Virus record (IMG/VR): IMGVR_UViG_3300029887_000004 | Source of the DNA: a virus | Taxonomy: Duplodnaviria > Heunggongvirae > Uroviricota > Caudoviricetes | Strand: one strand, 5' to 3' | DNA: 27,616 nucleotides | Shown here: piece after piece, positions 24,783-27,616 of the stretch | How the letters are laid out: every line of letters begins with the position of its first letter | Position numbering within the stretch: the stretch's first letter is position 1 | Program-made: the position numbers and the translations under genes | Notes under the pieces: generated by a model | The model's input: only the letters and a program-made list of their open reading frames with translations | The model's database searches: none | What the model was told of the DNA's origin: nothing

Positions 24783-26642
24783 ATGGAATTTAATACAAAC
24801 CAAAAAGAAGCCATTCACACCATAGACGGAAATATGGTTGTCATTGCTGCAGCTGGATCTGGAAAGACATCTGTACTTACATATAGAATTTTAAACATGG
24901 TTAAGAATTATGGAGTTGATCCCACTACTATTTTGGCTGTCACGTTCAGTAAAAAGGCAAAAGAAAGCATTGAGCAGAGATTGGGAAAGCTTGGAGTAGC
25001 TAATGTAAATGTAGAAACTTTTCACTCTCTCGCTCTTAAAATTATTACTTCTACATATGGATATGGAAAATACAAGGTATGGACTGCATCTTGGGAAAAA
25101 GAAAAAGCACTGAAAGAAATTTGTTGTGATTTACTTGGATTATGCAAGAACAAAGATGATGTTCCTTATAATGGAATACTGAGATTTTTGGGAATTCAAA
25201 AGACAAACATGCTAGGCTCAACAGATGATTTGATTTATTCAGATGACGATCCGTATCCTGATGATCGGATGAAAAAGATTTATAAAATGTATGAAGATTA
25301 TAAAAAGGATAAGTCCTATATTGAATTTGATGATTTTCTGAATATGGCAAATCAGTGTTTTGACAAATTCCCAGATATTTTAAAATTTTATCAGAATAAA
25401 TATCTTTACGTGTTATCAGATGAGTTTCAGGATGTGTCTATGGCACAGTCTCTTCTTCTTAAAAGAATTAATAATAAAAATACTATGATTGTAGGTGATC
25501 CTTTACAGGCAATCTATTCTTTCCGTGGTGGGCGAAGTGAATACATTATGCAGTTTGATCAGGATTATTCTGATGTGAAAATCGTCCATTTAAACACGAA
25601 TTACAGATGTAGTACAGATATTGTACGCATGGCGAATATGTTAGCACAACATATTCCTGACAGTAAGGATAAAAATTACGTAGAAAGTATTGCTTCTAAA
25701 GGAACACATCAGCTCCCTGAATACAGAAAATTTGTAAGTGAATATGATGAAGCCTCTTGGATTTGTAAAAAGATCACAGAGAAAAAAGAGAACAATGAGT
25801 ATAGAGATATGGCTGTTCTAGCAAGGACAAATGCCCAGTTGACAATATTGCAAACTGTCATGTCTAAAAATATGATTCCATATGACGTTGTTAATGGGGT
25901 CATGTTTACGGAACTACCAGAGATTAAGTTACTGATTTCCTATCTTAAATTGGCATTGCACGAAGGAGATAGTTCAGCATTTTCGTATGTATATAATAAA
26001 CCAAATCGTTGGTTAGACCAGAAATTTTTCGCTGAAGTCAAAGAAAATGCTACGAGGAAAAACACTTCTTTATACAATGCAATGTTTACGATTGATCGCA
26101 GAAATTGGCGTTTCAAAAATGGAATTGATCAATTATATGAAGTTATTAATACACTACAGAACAGAAAATTCGAGTCGGTTGGTGAGATGATTGAATATTT
26201 GAGATTCTATCTTAAAATCGATGATTTTGTTAGCAAGGGCAAACAGGCTGATGATGGTGGATTTTCGGAACAGATTGAAAATATGGATGCTTTTCAGAAT
26301 ATTGCAGAAAAGTATTTTGATTTAAACGAGTTTATGTTGTACTTAGATGACATCAATAGACAAGTTGCAATGGAGAATAATGATAAAGTACATCTCTCAA
26401 CAATTCATAGAGCAAAAGGTTTGGAATATCCAATCGTGTTCATTGTTGGATTGAATGATGGACTGCTCCCACATGCAAAAAGTGACAATCTCGATGATGA
26501 ACGCAGGTTATTATATGTGGGTATTACAAGAGCAGAGAATGAGTTATATCTCTCTTCTACTGCATCATACAATGATAATCTTATGACTCCTAGTCCGTTT
26601 ATTGATGAACTTGGAGATAGCGTTAAAAAGATGAAATGTTGA
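24783..26642 (+). CDS. UvrD/PcrA/Rep-family SF1 helicase
   Basis: AAAGSGKT, AVTFS, DEFQD, VGDPLQAIYSFRG, NYR, STIHRAKGLEY, ERRLLYVGITRA; ATG 24783 after AAGGAG. Confidence 0.95.
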   Translation: MEFNTNQKEAIHTIDGNMVVIAAAGSGKTSVLTYRILNMVKNYGVDPTTILAVTFSKKAKESIEQRLGKLGVANVNVETFHSLALKIITSTYGYGKYKVWTASWEKEKALKEICCDLLGLCKNKDDVPYNGILRFLGIQKTNMLGSTDDLIYSDDDPYPDDRMKKIYKMYEDYKKDKSYIEFDDFLNMANQCFDKFPDILKFYQNKYLYVLSDEFQDVSMAQSLLLKRINNKNTMIVGDPLQAIYSFRGGRSEYIMQFDQDYSDVKIVHLNTNYRCSTDIVRMANMLAQHIPDSKDKNYVESIASKGTHQLPEYRKFVSEYDEASWICKKITEKKENNEYRDMAVLARTNAQLTILQTVMSKNMIPYDVVNGVMFTELPEIKLLISYLKLALHEGDSSAFSYVYNKPNRWLDQKFFAEVKENATRKNTSLYNAMFTIDRRNWRFKNGIDQLYEVINTLQNRKFESVGEMIEYLRFYLKIDDFVSKGKQADDGGFSEQIENMDAFQNIAEKYFDLNEFMLYLDDINRQVAMENNDKVHLSTIHRAKGLEYPIVFIVGLNDGLLPHAKSDNLDDERRLLYVGITRAENELYLSSTASYNDNLMTPSPFIDELGDSVKKMKC

Positions 26643-26746
26643 TGAATGTTTAGAGAATATAAAATTAGGAACTATTAATCATCCCTATAGTCAAGGAGTG
26701 ATAAAAATGTATTTAAAAATTATGAAAATCAAAGGAGATACTAATT

Positions 26747-26992
26747 ATGAAAGAGAACACAAGATTTTGCACCAGAAGTTTAAGAGATAATACAAGATTT
26801 GGAGGAGTAATTCAGTTGACAGAATTTTCTCCATATCCGAATTCTACTACCCTATCACATGGATCGCACTTCGCAGAAAAGATTATTGCAGACAGAAAAA
26901 TTGATGAACAGTGTCGAAGAAATATTATTCAAACACAAAAATTAAAAGCAAAGCAGTCCACAGTAAAGGAAGTGGATGAGTTTGTTTACTAA
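26747..26992 (+). CDS. hypothetical protein
   Basis: 81-aa ORF with AAGGAG RBS. Confidence 0.7.
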   Translation: MKENTRFCTRSLRDNTRFGGVIQLTEFSPYPNSTTLSHGSHFAEKIIADRKIDEQCRRNIIQTQKLKAKQSTVKEVDEFVY

Positions 26993-27416
26993 AACTGATC
27001 GTAGATATTTATCTAAAGCGAGACAGGCTGCAGATATTTCTGATTATAAAAACGTACATATCGGTTGTGTGGCAGTATACAAAGGAAATATTGTTGGTAT
27101 TGGTTGTAATACTAATAAAACTCATCCAGTACAGAAATATTATAACAAATATAGAAATACTGACGTTGATCAGGAAACACTTCTTCCTAAAATACATGCA
27201 GAAATTAGCTGTATCAATTCCATCCGACATTTGGATATAGATTTTTCCAAAGTAAAATTATATATATATCGAAAACGAAATGATAAACCTTATGGTATGT
27301 CTAGGCCATGTCCGTCATGTATGGCTGCCATCAAGGATTTAGGCATAAAACACATTTACTATACTACAAATGAAGGCTTTGCTTATGAATGTATAACACA
27401 GGAGGATTTAGTATGA
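26976..27416 (+). CDS. cytidine/deoxycytidylate deaminase family protein
   Basis: Zn-binding IHAE and SRPCPSC motifs. Confidence 0.88.
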   Translation: MSLFTKTDRRYLSKARQAADISDYKNVHIGCVAVYKGNIVGIGCNTNKTHPVQKYYNKYRNTDVDQETLLPKIHAEISCINSIRHLDIDFSKVKLYIYRKRNDKPYGMSRPCPSCMAAIKDLGIKHIYYTTNEGFAYECITQEDLV

Positions 27417-27544
27417 ATATTATAGATTTTGTATGGAATTTTAAAAATTTTAAACTTAAGGATTTTGGATTAGATCCTGAATATAACATGTTATGTGCGC
27501 CAGTATGTGAATGCGGATGTGGTGAGAAGATGAATGTTTTATAA
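27413..27544 (+). pseudogene. gene probably truncated by IS insertion
   Basis: GGAGG RBS; MNIIDFVWNF...CAPVCECGCGEKMNVL; TAA spans the putative IS junction. Confidence 0.55.
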
Positions 27545-27616
27545 AGTATGTCAAGAACACCCGTGACTTTAGTCATGGGATGAATTGACATACATATGTT
27601 AAACAGAAATACACTG
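27543..27616 (+). mobile_element. probable left end of an IS200/IS605-family element
   Basis: After TTAT: hairpin CCCGTGACT-TT-AGTCATGGG (27560-27579) nested in TATGTCAA/TTGACATA. Confidence 0.6.

Overview
Low-GC Firmicutes (Clostridia-like) mobile-element DNA, most likely a large temperate phage or phage-plasmid. No virion, conjugation or integrase genes are present, so the element type is inferred. Three parts. (1) 1-17974: about 50 short co-oriented minus-strand genes, mostly hypothetical, with MazEF and RelE/HigBA-type toxin-antitoxin pairs, a solitary HicA-like gene, an XRE regulator, a split ParB-like gene and several damaged genes. (2) 17975-20420: a mostly non-coding divergence point with a perfect sigmaA promoter, an ~850-nt hairpin-rich leader, a small RHH-like regulator, 21-bp-phased repeats, DnaA boxes and a G-poor tract. 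(3) 20428-end: plus-strand DUF3825, BRO-N, unknown, UvrD helicase and deaminase genes, ending at a probable IS200/IS605 end. The most striking signal lies in 2193-7911: a 16-bp motif TGAAA-N6-TTTCA recurs at about 12 gene junctions, between a stop codon and the next RBS, and neighbouring copies share spacers. This suggests an integron-like cassette array; the mechanism is inference. Family calls come from motif recognition, not database searches.
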